This document shows positions 18,951 through 27,906 of a DNA stretch of 64,000 bases, one piece after another. Source of the stretch: a virus; IMG/VR virus record IMGVR_UViG_3300044999_000022, positions 22,835 through 86,834 of that record; one strand, 5' to 3'. The notes below the pieces were generated by a model. That model did not search any database. It was given only the letters and a program-made list of their open reading frames with translations, and was not told the DNA's origin. A program made the translations under genes and the position numbers. The number at the start of each line of letters is the position of its first letter. Positions within the stretch are counted from its first letter, which is position 1.

Positions 18951-19190
18951 ATGCACTGGCTATATCACTGGGTATGGTTGGACTTCTACGTACCGATATG
19001 GCCGAACATCGCTGCGTCGATTCTCTGTGCAAGCTGGGTCGTGGTCCGCCTACGCAAGCTCAGACAACTGCATATACAGCATCATCAAGAACTTCTCGAT
19101 GCGCAACAGACTCACCACGAGGCCTTGAAGAAGCACATCGAGACGCTGGTCGGCGGACAAGGCGGACGAAAGGAAGGAGGCGGACAATGA
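18951..19190 (+). CDS. Membrane protein (lysis cassette)
   Basis: WPNIAAS TM segment followed by His-rich helix; upstream of endolysin. Confidence 0.55.
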   Translation: MHWLYHWVWLDFYVPIWPNIAASILCASWVVVRLRKLRQLHIQHHQELLDAQQTHHEALKKHIETLVGGQGGRKEGGGQ

Positions 19191-19348
19191 ATGCAGCAAC
19201 GATCGCAGCGGTGTCAACAGCAGCTGTTGCGATCCTCGGCGCCGTCGCGGGCGTCATCAAGGCTTGGCAGGCAGGCAAGTCGGCGACGAAGACGCAGGCC
19301 GCGCTACAGGATCACCTAGCGAGCGAACACGTGGAGGTGAAGCCGTGA
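19187..19348 (+). CDS. Holin-like single-TM protein
   Basis: AAGGAGG RBS, ATGA overlap; TM; coupled to endolysin. Confidence 0.5.
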   Translation: MNAATIAAVSTAAVAILGAVAGVIKAWQAGKSATKTQAALQDHLASEHVEVKP

Positions 19349-20217
19349 TCATCGACTACTCAACAGCCAGACCGTCTATGGCAGCGCTGCGAGCGGCCGG
19401 TGTTACGGCTGTCGGCAGGTACATCGGATGGGATAGTGTGTCCGGCTTCCCGTCGATCGGGAAGAACATCTCCACAAGCGAGATCGCCGAGCTACACGGT
19501 GCCGGCATCACTCCATTCGTGTCGTTTGAGTATGCGTCTGACGCACCCTCTCGCGGCTCGGGGCAGGGCAGCGCGGATGGGAACCTGGCCACGAAGCAAA
19601 TGGCCGCCCTAGGCGCTCCGCCACTGCTCGGCGTGTACTTCGCGTGCGACTGGGACATGCCGGACTACGACCCGGGACTGCCGGACACGGCAGCGAATGC
19701 GCGGAAGAAGCTGGGCCCCGTTGGGGACTACTTCGCCACGATCAACGAGCAGGCGCCGACCTATCGCGTAGGTGGGTACGGTAGTTACTACGCCGTCAAG
19801 AGGCTGTTCGACGCCGGGCTCATTACGCTGGGCTGGCAGACGGTGGCCTGGTCCGGCGGCCAGCGGGACACCCGCGCACAGCTGTACCAAACAACGGGGC
19901 ACGTCTCCATCGGAGGCGCTGACCTCGACATCCATGAAGGGAACGCTGCTGACTTCGGCCAGTGGATCACTACCCAGCCCGTGACAAACTGGACGGAGAC
20001 ACTAGTGGAACTGCTACCCGTACTTCAGCAGGGGGCGACCGGCGCGGACGCCAAGTCAGCTCAGGGACTCCTGGGAGCGCGTGGGCACGTCGTCGCAGTC
20101 GACGGCAACTTCGGCCCGGCTACCAAGGCCGCGGTCCAGGCCTTCCAGACCGCCAGCGGTCTGGCCAACGACGGGATCGTCGGTCAGCAGACCTGGACGA
20201 AGCTACTGAACAGGTAG
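19345..20217 (+). CDS. Endolysin: DUF1906/GH25-like glycoside hydrolase plus peptidoglycan-binding domain
   Basis: IDYS..RP......AG...VGRY, YFACD.D, G.YG, WQT.AWS; C-terminal L..G..G......Q..L....DG.FG..T..AV..FQ...GL..DGIVG..TW. Confidence 0.9.
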   Translation: MIIDYSTARPSMAALRAAGVTAVGRYIGWDSVSGFPSIGKNISTSEIAELHGAGITPFVSFEYASDAPSRGSGQGSADGNLATKQMAALGAPPLLGVYFACDWDMPDYDPGLPDTAANARKKLGPVGDYFATINEQAPTYRVGGYGSYYAVKRLFDAGLITLGWQTVAWSGGQRDTRAQLYQTTGHVSIGGADLDIHEGNAADFGQWITTQPVTNWTETLVELLPVLQQGATGADAKSAQGLLGARGHVVAVDGNFGPATKAAVQAFQTASGLANDGIVGQQTWTKLLNR

Positions 20218-20227
20218 CACCCTAAAC

Positions 20228-20272
20228 GTCGGCGCTGGTCTCCGGAAGTCCGCCCCGGAGGCCAGCGCTGAC
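20228..20272. terminator. Hairpin between convergent genome arms
   Basis: GTCGGCGCTGGTCTCCGG / CCGGAGGCCAGCGCTGAC inverted repeat. Confidence 0.75.
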
Positions 20273-20488
20273 TTATAGGTCCCTCGTTCCGGTTATGCGC
20301 GGACGGGCTGAGCTGCCTTCACGGTGGATGTGAAGGTCGGTTACGAGCACCTCACTAACTGGAGGCTCGCGGTCCCTAACCCTGTTCAGACGCAGCGACA
20401 CTTCATCGGCCGCTCCTCCCATTGTTAGCGAACCGGCTATGGTAAACACGATCGTCGCGGTAACGGTGTACTGCTCGATTTTAGGCAT
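20273..20488 (-). CDS. Hypothetical protein
   Basis: Last ORF of leftward arm, ends at hairpin. Confidence 0.45.
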   Translation of the reverse strand: MPKIEQYTVTATIVFTIAGSLTMGGAADEVSLRLNRVRDREPPVSEVLVTDLHIHREGSSARPRITGTRDL

Positions 20489-20766
20489 AAGTTAACCGCT
20501 CCCGGATTCTCCCCGAGGAACTTTGCTTGTATTGCTGCCAGCTCAAGCGCATGCAATACGCGATGGACAGCCTCCTCCGCGTCCTCCTTTGTCTGTATTA
20601 GCATCACGAGGTTGACGACCAATGCGCCGATCTCGACAGCTGTCCATACCTCGAATGTCTCGATGAACTTGTGTAGGAACTCTTCGACTACAGGCTGAGC
20701 TGTCTCTTTGTTAGTCGCCGCTACGCCGCGGTGAATGAGGTCGTACAGCTCGTCAATTGTGGCCAC
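20437..20766 (-). CDS. Hypothetical protein
   Basis: Coupled small-ORF chain. Confidence 0.5.
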   Translation of the reverse strand: MATIDELYDLIHRGVAATNKETAQPVVEEFLHKFIETFEVWTAVEIGALVVNLVMLIQTKEDAEEAVHRVLHALELAAIQAKFLGENPGAVNLCLKSSSTPLPRRSCLP

Positions 20767-21046
20767 GGCGAATGAACCTCCTGATCTCTTCCAGGCCTTC
20801 CATAAAGGTTTCCAGCCTGTTCAGCTCGCCGAGCGCTTCAACGGCGCGCCGAAACGGGCCCTGAGCGTGTGGGTCGCGCTTGCGCAGAAAGTAGCCAGCG
20901 TATGTAAATAGCGACCCCAGCTCCTCATCGGTCCAGTCTTTGAAGGCTTCCCCGATCCTCTGTACCTGTTCATGCGCTGCTTCTTCTGACTCCAAGCCGT
21001 TCTTGTCTGTCAGCGCGAGCCGCAGGTCATCCAGACTTTCGATCAT
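20753..21046 (-). CDS. Hypothetical protein
   Basis: AAGGAG RBS; coupled chain. Confidence 0.55.
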   Translation of the reverse strand: MIESLDDLRLALTDKNGLESEEAAHEQVQRIGEAFKDWTDEELGSLFTYAGYFLRKRDPHAQGPFRRAVEALGELNRLETFMEGLEEIRRFIRRGHN

Positions 21047-21290
21047 TCCGCTCCTTGTGGGCAGCTCGGATGTCTTCTAGTGCGACTACGGGGCGGTCCT
21101 TGACGTCATAGTGTACGTGGCCGCCGGTCTCTAGATACCGCGCGTACCCCTTAGCCGGTCCGTGAATCAGCTGTAGAGCTGTACATGTGGCATGCTCTTC
21201 GAGCAGCATAGCTATGGCAGTGATCTTCTCTTCCGTGGTCAGGCCGGCCTCGCCGAGCTCGTCGACACGTATCCAGGTCAGGTCAGTCAC
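21027..21290 (-). CDS. Hypothetical protein
   Basis: Coupled chain. Confidence 0.5.
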   Translation of the reverse strand: MTDLTWIRVDELGEAGLTTEEKITAIAMLLEEHATCTALQLIHGPAKGYARYLETGGHVHYDVKDRPVVALEDIRAAHKERNDRKSG

Positions 21291-21894
21291 TGCGGTCCTG
21301 AAAACGGCGAAGTTGACGAGCGATCTCGTCCCGTGATGGGAGGCGAAGTTCCTCGACGGGTCCCCCTACTGAGGGCGACCATGACGGCCCCATGTCGACG
21401 TAGCCCTTCGCGACCTCGACGGGCGGAGGCGAATCCGCCCCAAGCATGTCCATCGGAGGGCTGACATACCCTCCATACTGATACTGGAGGCCTGCAGGTG
21501 AGTCGTCCTGGTAGAGCCCGCTTGGACTGGCCCCCAGGTACGGGTCGCCGTATATTGAGCGACGGTCGAACTCCCTAGCCATCCGGTCGTGGTATTGGTG
21601 ACGCGTCAGCTGACGCTCTATGCCTAGAACGGGATGTTGCCTATAGTCGCGATTGGGAGCGCGTACCAGCTCGGGTCCTCTGCACCAGGTACAGAGCTGA
21701 TCTTCTTCAGTAGCGCGCCTCTGGCAGGGGTGGCCGAAGTCGCACTGGCACCTGAAGTGTTCATCCTCGGCTATAACGAACTCTACCCCGTCTATCTTAT
21801 CGAACTGGTCGCGTTGCATATGCGTCCAGCAGGACATCTGTGCCTCCCTAGTCGGGATAGTCGCCGTAGTCTTCACGTCGCACGACTTCCCCAC
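21283..21894 (-). CDS. Hypothetical Cys-containing protein (start probably MSCWTH after GGAGG)
   Basis: CxC...C, CxxC motifs. Confidence 0.5.
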   Translation of the reverse strand: MGKSCDVKTTATIPTREAQMSCWTHMQRDQFDKIDGVEFVIAEDEHFRCQCDFGHPCQRRATEEDQLCTWCRGPELVRAPNRDYRQHPVLGIERQLTRHQYHDRMAREFDRRSIYGDPYLGASPSGLYQDDSPAGLQYQYGGYVSPPMDMLGADSPPPVEVAKGYVDMGPSWSPSVGGPVEELRLPSRDEIARQLRRFQDRSD

Positions 21895-22047
21895 TGGCGC
21901 GCAGCGTAGGAACTGGCCGCTTAGCTAGCTGCTGCAGGTGCTGTTGTGCAAGATACGTTAGACAGATAGCTACCGTGATGAGGATAGCGCCCCCCATGAC
22001 GATTGCGGTCACAATAACATCGTTAATGTCCATATAGATCTCCTGAG

Positions 22048-22152
22048 TGACAGGCGCCCCCGGGGGAGCGGGAACGGGGGGCGCCTGCCACGTCCTCAGG
22101 CAGAGGGACCCGACCCATTCTGCACCCACGCTTCCTGCTCGGGTCCCTCCAC
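22048..22152 (-). terminator. Tandem hairpins downstream of the vWA gene
   Basis: GAGGGACCCGA/TCGGGTCCCTC and CAGGCGCCCCC/GGGGGCGCCTG stems. Confidence 0.55.
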
Positions 22153-22160
22153 GTCATGGG

Positions 22161-22937
22161 CTAGCTGGCCAGGCCGGCCATGAACTGTACGTCGTACGCG
22201 ACCTCGCGCGGGTCGCTGACGCCGGTCAGCGCGTCGACACCGACGTACTTGTTGCTGGCGGCGATCTGCTGCCAGTGCTGCACCGCGGAGTCGTGGCCGT
22301 GGCTGCTCTTCGACTCGTCGAACCCGATGACGGCGACGACGATCACGCAGCGCGGGCCGGCGTTCTGCTGGACCCACTGCTCGAGCTCGTCCTCATCGCT
22401 GACCTTGCCGTCATTGATGATGATGAGCTCGAGCGCGCGGTCGGGGTCGTTCGGGAACTCGGTGTCGAACGCGTGCTTGAGCCCCCTGATCGCCGGCATC
22501 AGGAACGTGCGGCCCCGCTGCTCGACCAACGAGCGGATCTGGGCCATCTTCTCGAGAGCGTTCGCCGAGTTGATGTCCCCGAGGTCACGCGGGTCTTCGC
22601 TCTCGTCCTCGCCGGGCGCGAACTCGATGGGGCTCGGCTCGTTGGCGGCGATGGTCCGGAGGCCGCCACGCTTCGAGCTCCCGCCGGACTGCTCCCTCGC
22701 CGCTTCGGCGTCATCACCCTCCACGACGGCGGCGATCAACGGGATGGCCAGCGTGAGCAGCTCGACCTTGGTCATGGTGCCCTCGGGGTCGGCCATCTCC
22801 AGGTTCGATCCGCTCACGTCCACGACGAGCGCCGGCTCCTTCTTGAGCCGGGTCATCGGCCGCTCGAGCTGCTCCCGCGGGGTACGCTTGCCGGGGGTGC
22901 CGGTAACCGCGGTCTCCTCAATGGCTGTCATAGCCAT
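22161..22937 (-). CDS. von Willebrand factor A (vWA) domain protein
   Basis: MIDAS-like VVDVSGS, T (GRTFL), IIINDG and VIG motifs; AAAGGA RBS. Confidence 0.75.
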   Translation of the reverse strand: MAMTAIEETAVTGTPGKRTPREQLERPMTRLKKEPALVVDVSGSNLEMADPEGTMTKVELLTLAIPLIAAVVEGDDAEAAREQSGGSSKRGGLRTIAANEPSPIEFAPGEDESEDPRDLGDINSANALEKMAQIRSLVEQRGRTFLMPAIRGLKHAFDTEFPNDPDRALELIIINDGKVSDEDELEQWVQQNAGPRCVIVVAVIGFDESKSSHGHDSAVQHWQQIAASNKYVGVDALTGVSDPREVAYDVQFMAGLAS

Positions 22938-22980
22938 CCTTTCGTACGAGGCAAAACCCTATGTTTTGCCCTCTAGAATT

Positions 22981-23010
22981 ATTATATAGCCATATCCAAG
23001 AGAAATCTAG
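22981..23010 (-). promoter_or_regulatory. Putative promoter for the vWA gene
   Basis: CTAGAT-18bp-TATAAT in an AT-rich island. Confidence 0.55.
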
Positions 23011-23030
23011 CCCGCCTTCTCGTGCTTTTT

Positions 23031-23630
23031 TCAGTAGTGGAGGTGCTTCGGAGCGCAGCCTCTGCGGACAACGCGGACGGGGATCTTGGCCTCCCTAGCT
23101 TCCTGCCACGTGTACTCGTCTACGTGCGGGAATACCCAAGTGGCCATGTCGCTCCGGATACAGGCCTCGATGAGACGCCGTGGCAGGTACGTAAAGTTGA
23201 ACGTGAACATCGTAGGGTCGTCGATGTCGCTCTGCCATATCTTACGCGCTTCCTCATTGGACAGCGGCGGGTCCCGATCGGTAAGGACCTCTCGATGCCC
23301 CCAAACCCAGTAGTGATAAGCCGTGCTCGCCGGCCACAGGCGAACTGGCGCCGTCCAGACCACGTCTGGCTCTGTAGTCGCACTGATGATCATGGCGGAG
23401 TAGTCGAGCGGGTCGATAGCGCAGTCCGCATCGAGGATAAGCATCCCACTGCTCTGGACCCGGGCTGATACTTGCCAGATACGGGTCAGTAGCAATCCCT
23501 TCTGGCCGAAGGGGTGCTCTGCCGTAGGCATCACGTCAAAGGCGCGGAAGTTAGACGGTGTTGGCCCGCACTCCTTTCCCTGCCACCTGATACGCGCGTG
23601 TACTACGGACTCCAGTGCTGGCCCGTCCAT
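23031..23630 (-). CDS. GT-A fold glycosyltransferase-like protein
   Basis: MLILDADC DxD motif, FTFNFTYLPRRL, C-terminal HLH; TAATG overlap with polymerase stop. Confidence 0.6.
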   Translation of the reverse strand: MDGPALESVVHARIRWQGKECGPTPSNFRAFDVMPTAEHPFGQKGLLLTRIWQVSARVQSSGMLILDADCAIDPLDYSAMIISATTEPDVVWTAPVRLWPASTAYHYWVWGHREVLTDRDPPLSNEEARKIWQSDIDDPTMFTFNFTYLPRRLIEACIRSDMATWVFPHVDEYTWQEAREAKIPVRVVRRGCAPKHLHY

Positions 23631-26600
23631 TACGGCCTCCATAGCTCTACAGTTGTCGGATAGGGACGCTTGCCGCCTTTCCAATCTTCGTAACTAACTA
23701 GGTCGCCCCAGTTCATACCGACGTCGGCGCCTACCTTGATCGGGACGTAGTCGCCCATTACGGAGTAGGCGGATTCCTGCATGGTTTCGACTACGGTTTT
23801 GACCACATAGTCCAGGTTATCACGGTGGAACTCCCAATAGAGAGCATCGTGAATAGTGTTACGGCACCAGGCGGTCCCTTTGAGCTTGGGTCGTAGCCAG
23901 TTGAAGGCTTGGACACAAATGTCGCTGGCAATTGACTGTGGGTAGAAGGCGCAAGCCTCATTCTGGATGTCCTTCCGGTTCTGGTCCGTGATCAGGTAGA
24001 ACCGACGTCGTCGCCCGAACGGAGTGACGAGGTCTCTTCCAGATAGCGCCTGTATCTTTGCCTCCTCGCGAAATCGGACAATCCTTGGAATGACCTTGAA
24101 GAACGCCTGCAGGCCTCGCTGAGCCTCTGCAACAGGTAGGCCAAATTCATCAGCGATTGACTGAGCCTCTCGGCCGTAAGCGAGACCGTAGACATAACAC
24201 TTGACGATATTTCGTCGGTCCTTCTTGGACATGATTCCGCGGTGGGATCGTTCGGGCTGGATGACTGGTTCGAGTTCATCAAATAGGTCCCTACTCGGGT
24301 CGGAGAAGATCTCTTGGAAGTATGGTTCTTGCGCGAGCCAGGTTAGTACCCGGAGCTCGATTTGTCCATAGTCGAACTCTCCCAAGAGGTGGTCAGGGTT
24401 AGCGACCTTATACTGGCGTCGTAGTTTATCGCCACGCGGAATGACCTGAAGCGACGGCCGTTTCTGAGAAGTTCGACCTGTAGTAGTGCTGTGGAGTTGG
24501 ATGGTCGTATACACACGGCCATGGTCGAGGAATTTGTGCAGGCCAGATACGTACGTACCATCTAGCTTTGCTACCTTCCGGTGCAGGAGCATCGTCTCGA
24601 GGAACGTAACCGAGGGCCGCGCGGAGTGCGGGTCTACCTCGACCACTTCGGCACCTAGTTGGTTAGTACCGCCCTCATTGGACACGTAGCCTGCGAGACG
24701 TCTAGGGTCGATGGGCCGCCTCTTCTCGCGCTCGAGCATGATCTGCAAGGCTTCGGCGTCGGTAGTCTCGGCCATCTCACCCTTAGTGTTCCGCTTGCGT
24801 GGGATCTGGACGCCTAGCTGTCGGAGTGCGTCCTTGACCTGCATAGGCGATCGCGGATTGATTGCGCCAACCGTCCGATCCATGATGGCCTCGAGGCGGT
24901 CGAGCTCTGCTCGATACTCGCGCTGGAGTTCACGGTTGTACTTGAGGTCGACCGCGAACCCATTGTATTCCGTGAACATGAAGTTTTCCGCTGCAGCGCA
25001 TAGGAAGTCATGGAGCTGCTCCAGCCCCCACTTCTGACCGTCAGCGCGAGGCAGTACGGGTTCGATATAATTATCGTTCCGGATAAGCTGCATGTTGTAC
25101 TCGTCCAAGGCAAACGTGGCTGCGACATCCCATGCGTTGTACTTGTACAGGATCGGCTTTGGGATCGTTCCGTACCGACGTTGCTTGCCTCGTCCGAGGT
25201 ATTGCTCAATCTCCTCATCCCATCTCGGACAGCCTAGCTTCTCGACGCCCTGGTGCTTCAGTCCGTGTATCCCCGGACGTTCGTCTTGTACGTAGGACTG
25301 GTACATTGTATCATGCCAGACATGTAGGCCGCGGATGCCTTTAGCATAGAGTCCTGCGGTATCGAACTTGCCGTTTTGAAATATGAGCTCCATTCCGTCT
25401 CCGGATAGATACTCTGCCAGAGCCCCACGGACAGACTTATAGCGGCAGGCTTTCTGCCCAAACACGATAGCATGGCGGCGTGACCAAGCCATTCCAATAC
25501 ATAGAATCTTATACTTATTGGGGTGATCAAACGTCGAGTTGTGTGTGAGGAGTCCATTAGCGATCAGCGTTCCTGTCGAGGTCTTGAGGGAAACGACTTC
25601 TCGTTCTCCTACTGGAGTGATCGATAGTATACGTGCTTTGTCATAGTTGAGGCGCTTATGCCAAACCCGTTCGGCCTGACGCAATAGCCTCTCGGGGCGG
25701 AAAGTGCCTAGAGTGCGAAGGATGTCCCACCGCGCCCCGATTGACCAGGACTCATGAGGATTGCCGCTAAGTCTGTTAAGACCTCGATAATGGTTGCCTA
25801 GATCATGCGCCTTCAATATCTGGGCGACCTTATCCGCGACCGGACCGACGTTCTGTGAGAACTCCAGCATCGGATGATTGCTGGCAGGGTTCGATAGGCA
25901 GCCCTCGCTGTCTAGAAAGCCCGCCATATAGCCGCCGTCGCGAGTTTCGTTAACCTCCCAAGGCTCCGACGTAAAAGGTATGAAGTATTCAGGTCGAGGT
26001 AGTGCTTGCTGGCCCCAGCAGCGACTGTTCGGATTTGCAAAGCGGGCTGCGAGGTCTTCTGTAGTGCCCCAGCGCCACTTTGTATCAACGCCCCGCGGAC
26101 CGCGCGTCTTATAAGGCCAACGATGCAGCCCGCTGCAGACAACGCTCCCACGGTCGGTCTGCACGCGGTAGCATTGACGCGTAATGCGTCCGACGGACTC
26201 GACGATCGCGGGGCTCATCGTAGTGATCGGATCCGCACTAAACCCGACTAGCTCATCCCCTACCTCGAGGCCGCCGGCATCGGTCCAGGTTAGGTCCCGC
26301 CTGAGCACTTTCGTCTCTGGAACGAGGCATTCCTTGTCCAGGTCGGTCTCGATGTCGACCGTTAGTCTCTTGAAGTGCTTCTTCATGTAGGCTATCGCGG
26401 TCAGGGCAGCCTTCTCGGTATTCCAGACCGTATAGTACGGCGCTTCCCACTTGGGAGGCTTAGTAACGAGTTTGCCGATGTCGGTCGCCATAGACGGGAA
26501 CGACGACGCCGAGCGCAGGCAAGCGGCAGGATGGAACGTCGGGATGATCCGTACCCCAGGCAGCTCGAACTCGTTCTCACGATACGGACCGACGCGGAGG

Positions 26601-27031
26601 TTGGAAATTACGACCTTCGTCCGCAGGATGCTCTGAGCCGGCACGTTGCCCAAGGCTACGATATCCCTAACGCCTCGGTCCTTGAGTTCGGCCATTAGTC
26701 GCGGCCTGCACGCTGCGACTGCGGCAGCTGGTGGCTTGATATTCTCCCTCTTGTGGACGCATAGGCAGGCGTTTGTGATAAACGCCTTACTACGATCGAT
26801 GTGGTAGTACTGCAGTACCTTGTCCAGCAACCTACCAGATGCGCCGATAAACGGCTTGCCCAGCCGGATCTCGTTCTGACCCGGGTTCTGGCCCACAAAG
26901 GCAATGTCAGCCTTTACCGGACCGTATGAAGGGACGAAACCGTAATCGGGTCCATTAAGCGGGCAGCGCTCACAGACCGCTAGGGGATGCCGGCGCTGAA
27001 TCCCGGCATCCCCTTCGATAACTTCAGTCAT
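23630..27031 (-). CDS. polA: Family A DNA polymerase with N-terminal family-4 UDG-like domain, 3'-5' exonuclease and intein
   Basis: UDG: CxxCPL, VGQNPG, PFIGASG, TFHPA; Exo DIET / QNGKFD / YNAWD; motif A DYGQIELR, motif B K...YGLAYG, motif C HDAL. Confidence 0.92.
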   Translation of the reverse strand: MTEVIEGDAGIQRRHPLAVCERCPLNGPDYGFVPSYGPVKADIAFVGQNPGQNEIRLGKPFIGASGRLLDKVLQYYHIDRSKAFITNACLCVHKRENIKPPAAAVAACRPRLMAELKDRGVRDIVALGNVPAQSILRTKVVISNLRVGPYRENEFELPGVRIIPTFHPAACLRSASSFPSMATDIGKLVTKPPKWEAPYYTVWNTEKAALTAIAYMKKHFKRLTVDIETDLDKECLVPETKVLRRDLTWTDAGGLEVGDELVGFSADPITTMSPAIVESVGRITRQCYRVQTDRGSVVCSGLHRWPYKTRGPRGVDTKWRWGTTEDLAARFANPNSRCWGQQALPRPEYFIPFTSEPWEVNETRDGGYMAGFLDSEGCLSNPASNHPMLEFSQNVGPVADKVAQILKAHDLGNHYRGLNRLSGNPHESWSIGARWDILRTLGTFRPERLLRQAERVWHKRLNYDKARILSITPVGEREVVSLKTSTGTLIANGLLTHNSTFDHPNKYKILCIGMAWSRRHAIVFGQKACRYKSVRGALAEYLSGDGMELIFQNGKFDTAGLYAKGIRGLHVWHDTMYQSYVQDERPGIHGLKHQGVEKLGCPRWDEEIEQYLGRGKQRRYGTIPKPILYKYNAWDVAATFALDEYNMQLIRNDNYIEPVLPRADGQKWGLEQLHDFLCAAAENFMFTEYNGFAVDLKYNRELQREYRAELDRLEAIMDRTVGAINPRSPMQVKDALRQLGVQIPRKRNTKGEMAETTDAEALQIMLEREKRRPIDPRRLAGYVSNEGGTNQLGAEVVEVDPHSARPSVTFLETMLLHRKVAKLDGTYVSGLHKFLDHGRVYTTIQLHSTTTGRTSQKRPSLQVIPRGDKLRRQYKVANPDHLLGEFDYGQIELRVLTWLAQEPYFQEIFSDPSRDLFDELEPVIQPERSHRGIMSKKDRRNIVKCYVYGLAYGREAQSIADEFGLPVAEAQRGLQAFFKVIPRIVRFREEAKIQALSGRDLVTPFGRRRRFYLITDQNRKDIQNEACAFYPQSIASDICVQAFNWLRPKLKGTAWCRNTIHDALYWEFHRDNLDYVVKTVVETMQESAYSVMGDYVPIKVGADVGMNWGDLVSYEDWKGGKRPYPTTVELWRP
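25538..26329 (-). mobile_element. Intein (264 aa) with LAGLIDADG-type endonuclease
   Basis: Starts CLVPETKV, block B CSGLHRW, YMAGFLDSEG, ends IANGLLTHN followed by Ser. Confidence 0.9.
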
Positions 27032-27083
27032 TCAGGCTCCTCGTGCGCGGCGTGGGAGCTCTTGGCCACACCCTCAGCGGCGG

Positions 27084-27284
27084 TCATGCGAGGTCCACCG
27101 GAGCCGCATCGGTCGCGACGCGCTCTGTGGGCGCGTGAAAGAACCACTCCCAGCCGACGCTCGCGGTCTTGTTGGGACTGATGTCGCCGCGGATAATGAC
27201 GACGAAGCTACCAGGTAGCTGCTGCTGACCAACGATCTTTGCGGCCTCGCGCGCAATGGGCTCTAGTTCCTCGGCGATGTTCAT
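27084..27284 (-). CDS. Hypothetical protein
   Basis: AAGGAG RBS; upstream of polymerase. Confidence 0.4.
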   Translation of the reverse strand: MNIAEELEPIAREAAKIVGQQQLPGSFVVIIRGDISPNKTASVGWEWFFHAPTERVATDAAPVDLA

Positions 27285-27420
27285 TCCGTCAGCTCCTTGA
27301 TTGTGAAAAACTGGGCGGCGATCGGGATGGCCCAGTGCTGCTGGGCGTTTGGATTGAGGTCGATCGTGTACCCGTCGATCGGTTCGCTACGTTCGTCGCA
27401 GAACGTAATCAGTATCCGAG

Positions 27421-27906
27421 TCAATCCGTCCACTTCCTTGTGTCCGGGATGGGGCCTGAGACGGGCCTGGAGTGCTGCTCGTCGGCGGAGGGGCGCCCCG
27501 GCATTGACTTGTTCGCTCCTCCGATGACGGCGGCCTCCCAACCGATGGCTCCGTAACCGGCAGTGTCGAGCCAGTTGTCGCGAACTTGTGGAGCGCCCAC
27601 GTTGCGCGCCTGCTTGAGGGCGATCTCGATGATCGCGTTGTCGAACGGCTCCAGCATCCTGCCGTCCGGGCCGCGATAGCCGAGTGCGTTGAGCTGATCG
27701 GTATGCCGCTTCATGACCTCGTATGGCTCACCATACTGGCCGTTGCGATCAGTACACGTAGCTGCGATCGCTCCATTGAGTAGTTCTTCTCGAGGAAGGC
27801 CTACAGGCTTTTCGACCCGTTCGACCCGTTCAGCAGCGCCCCCGCCGCCGGCGCCGACGGTCGGGTAACCGGGTCCGCCTTGATATACTACTCGTTCGTT
27901 CGCCAT
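27421..27906 (-). CDS. DUF6378-like protein (nucleotide-modification associated)
   Basis: DR..QYG.P..., K.AR......DNWLD.AGY motif. Confidence 0.65.
   Translation of the reverse strand: MANERVVYQGGPGYPTVGAGGGGAAERVERVEKPVGLPREELLNGAIAATCTDRNGQYGEPYEVMKRHTDQLNALGYRGPDGRMLEPFDNAIIEIALKQARNVGAPQVRDNWLDTAGYGAIGWEAAVIGGANKSMPGRPSADEQHSRPVSGPIPDTRKWTD

Noticed and set aside
22047-22989. Long + strand ORFs (309 and 269 aa)
   Set aside because: Antisense shadows of the GC3-rich vWA gene; no RBS or motifs
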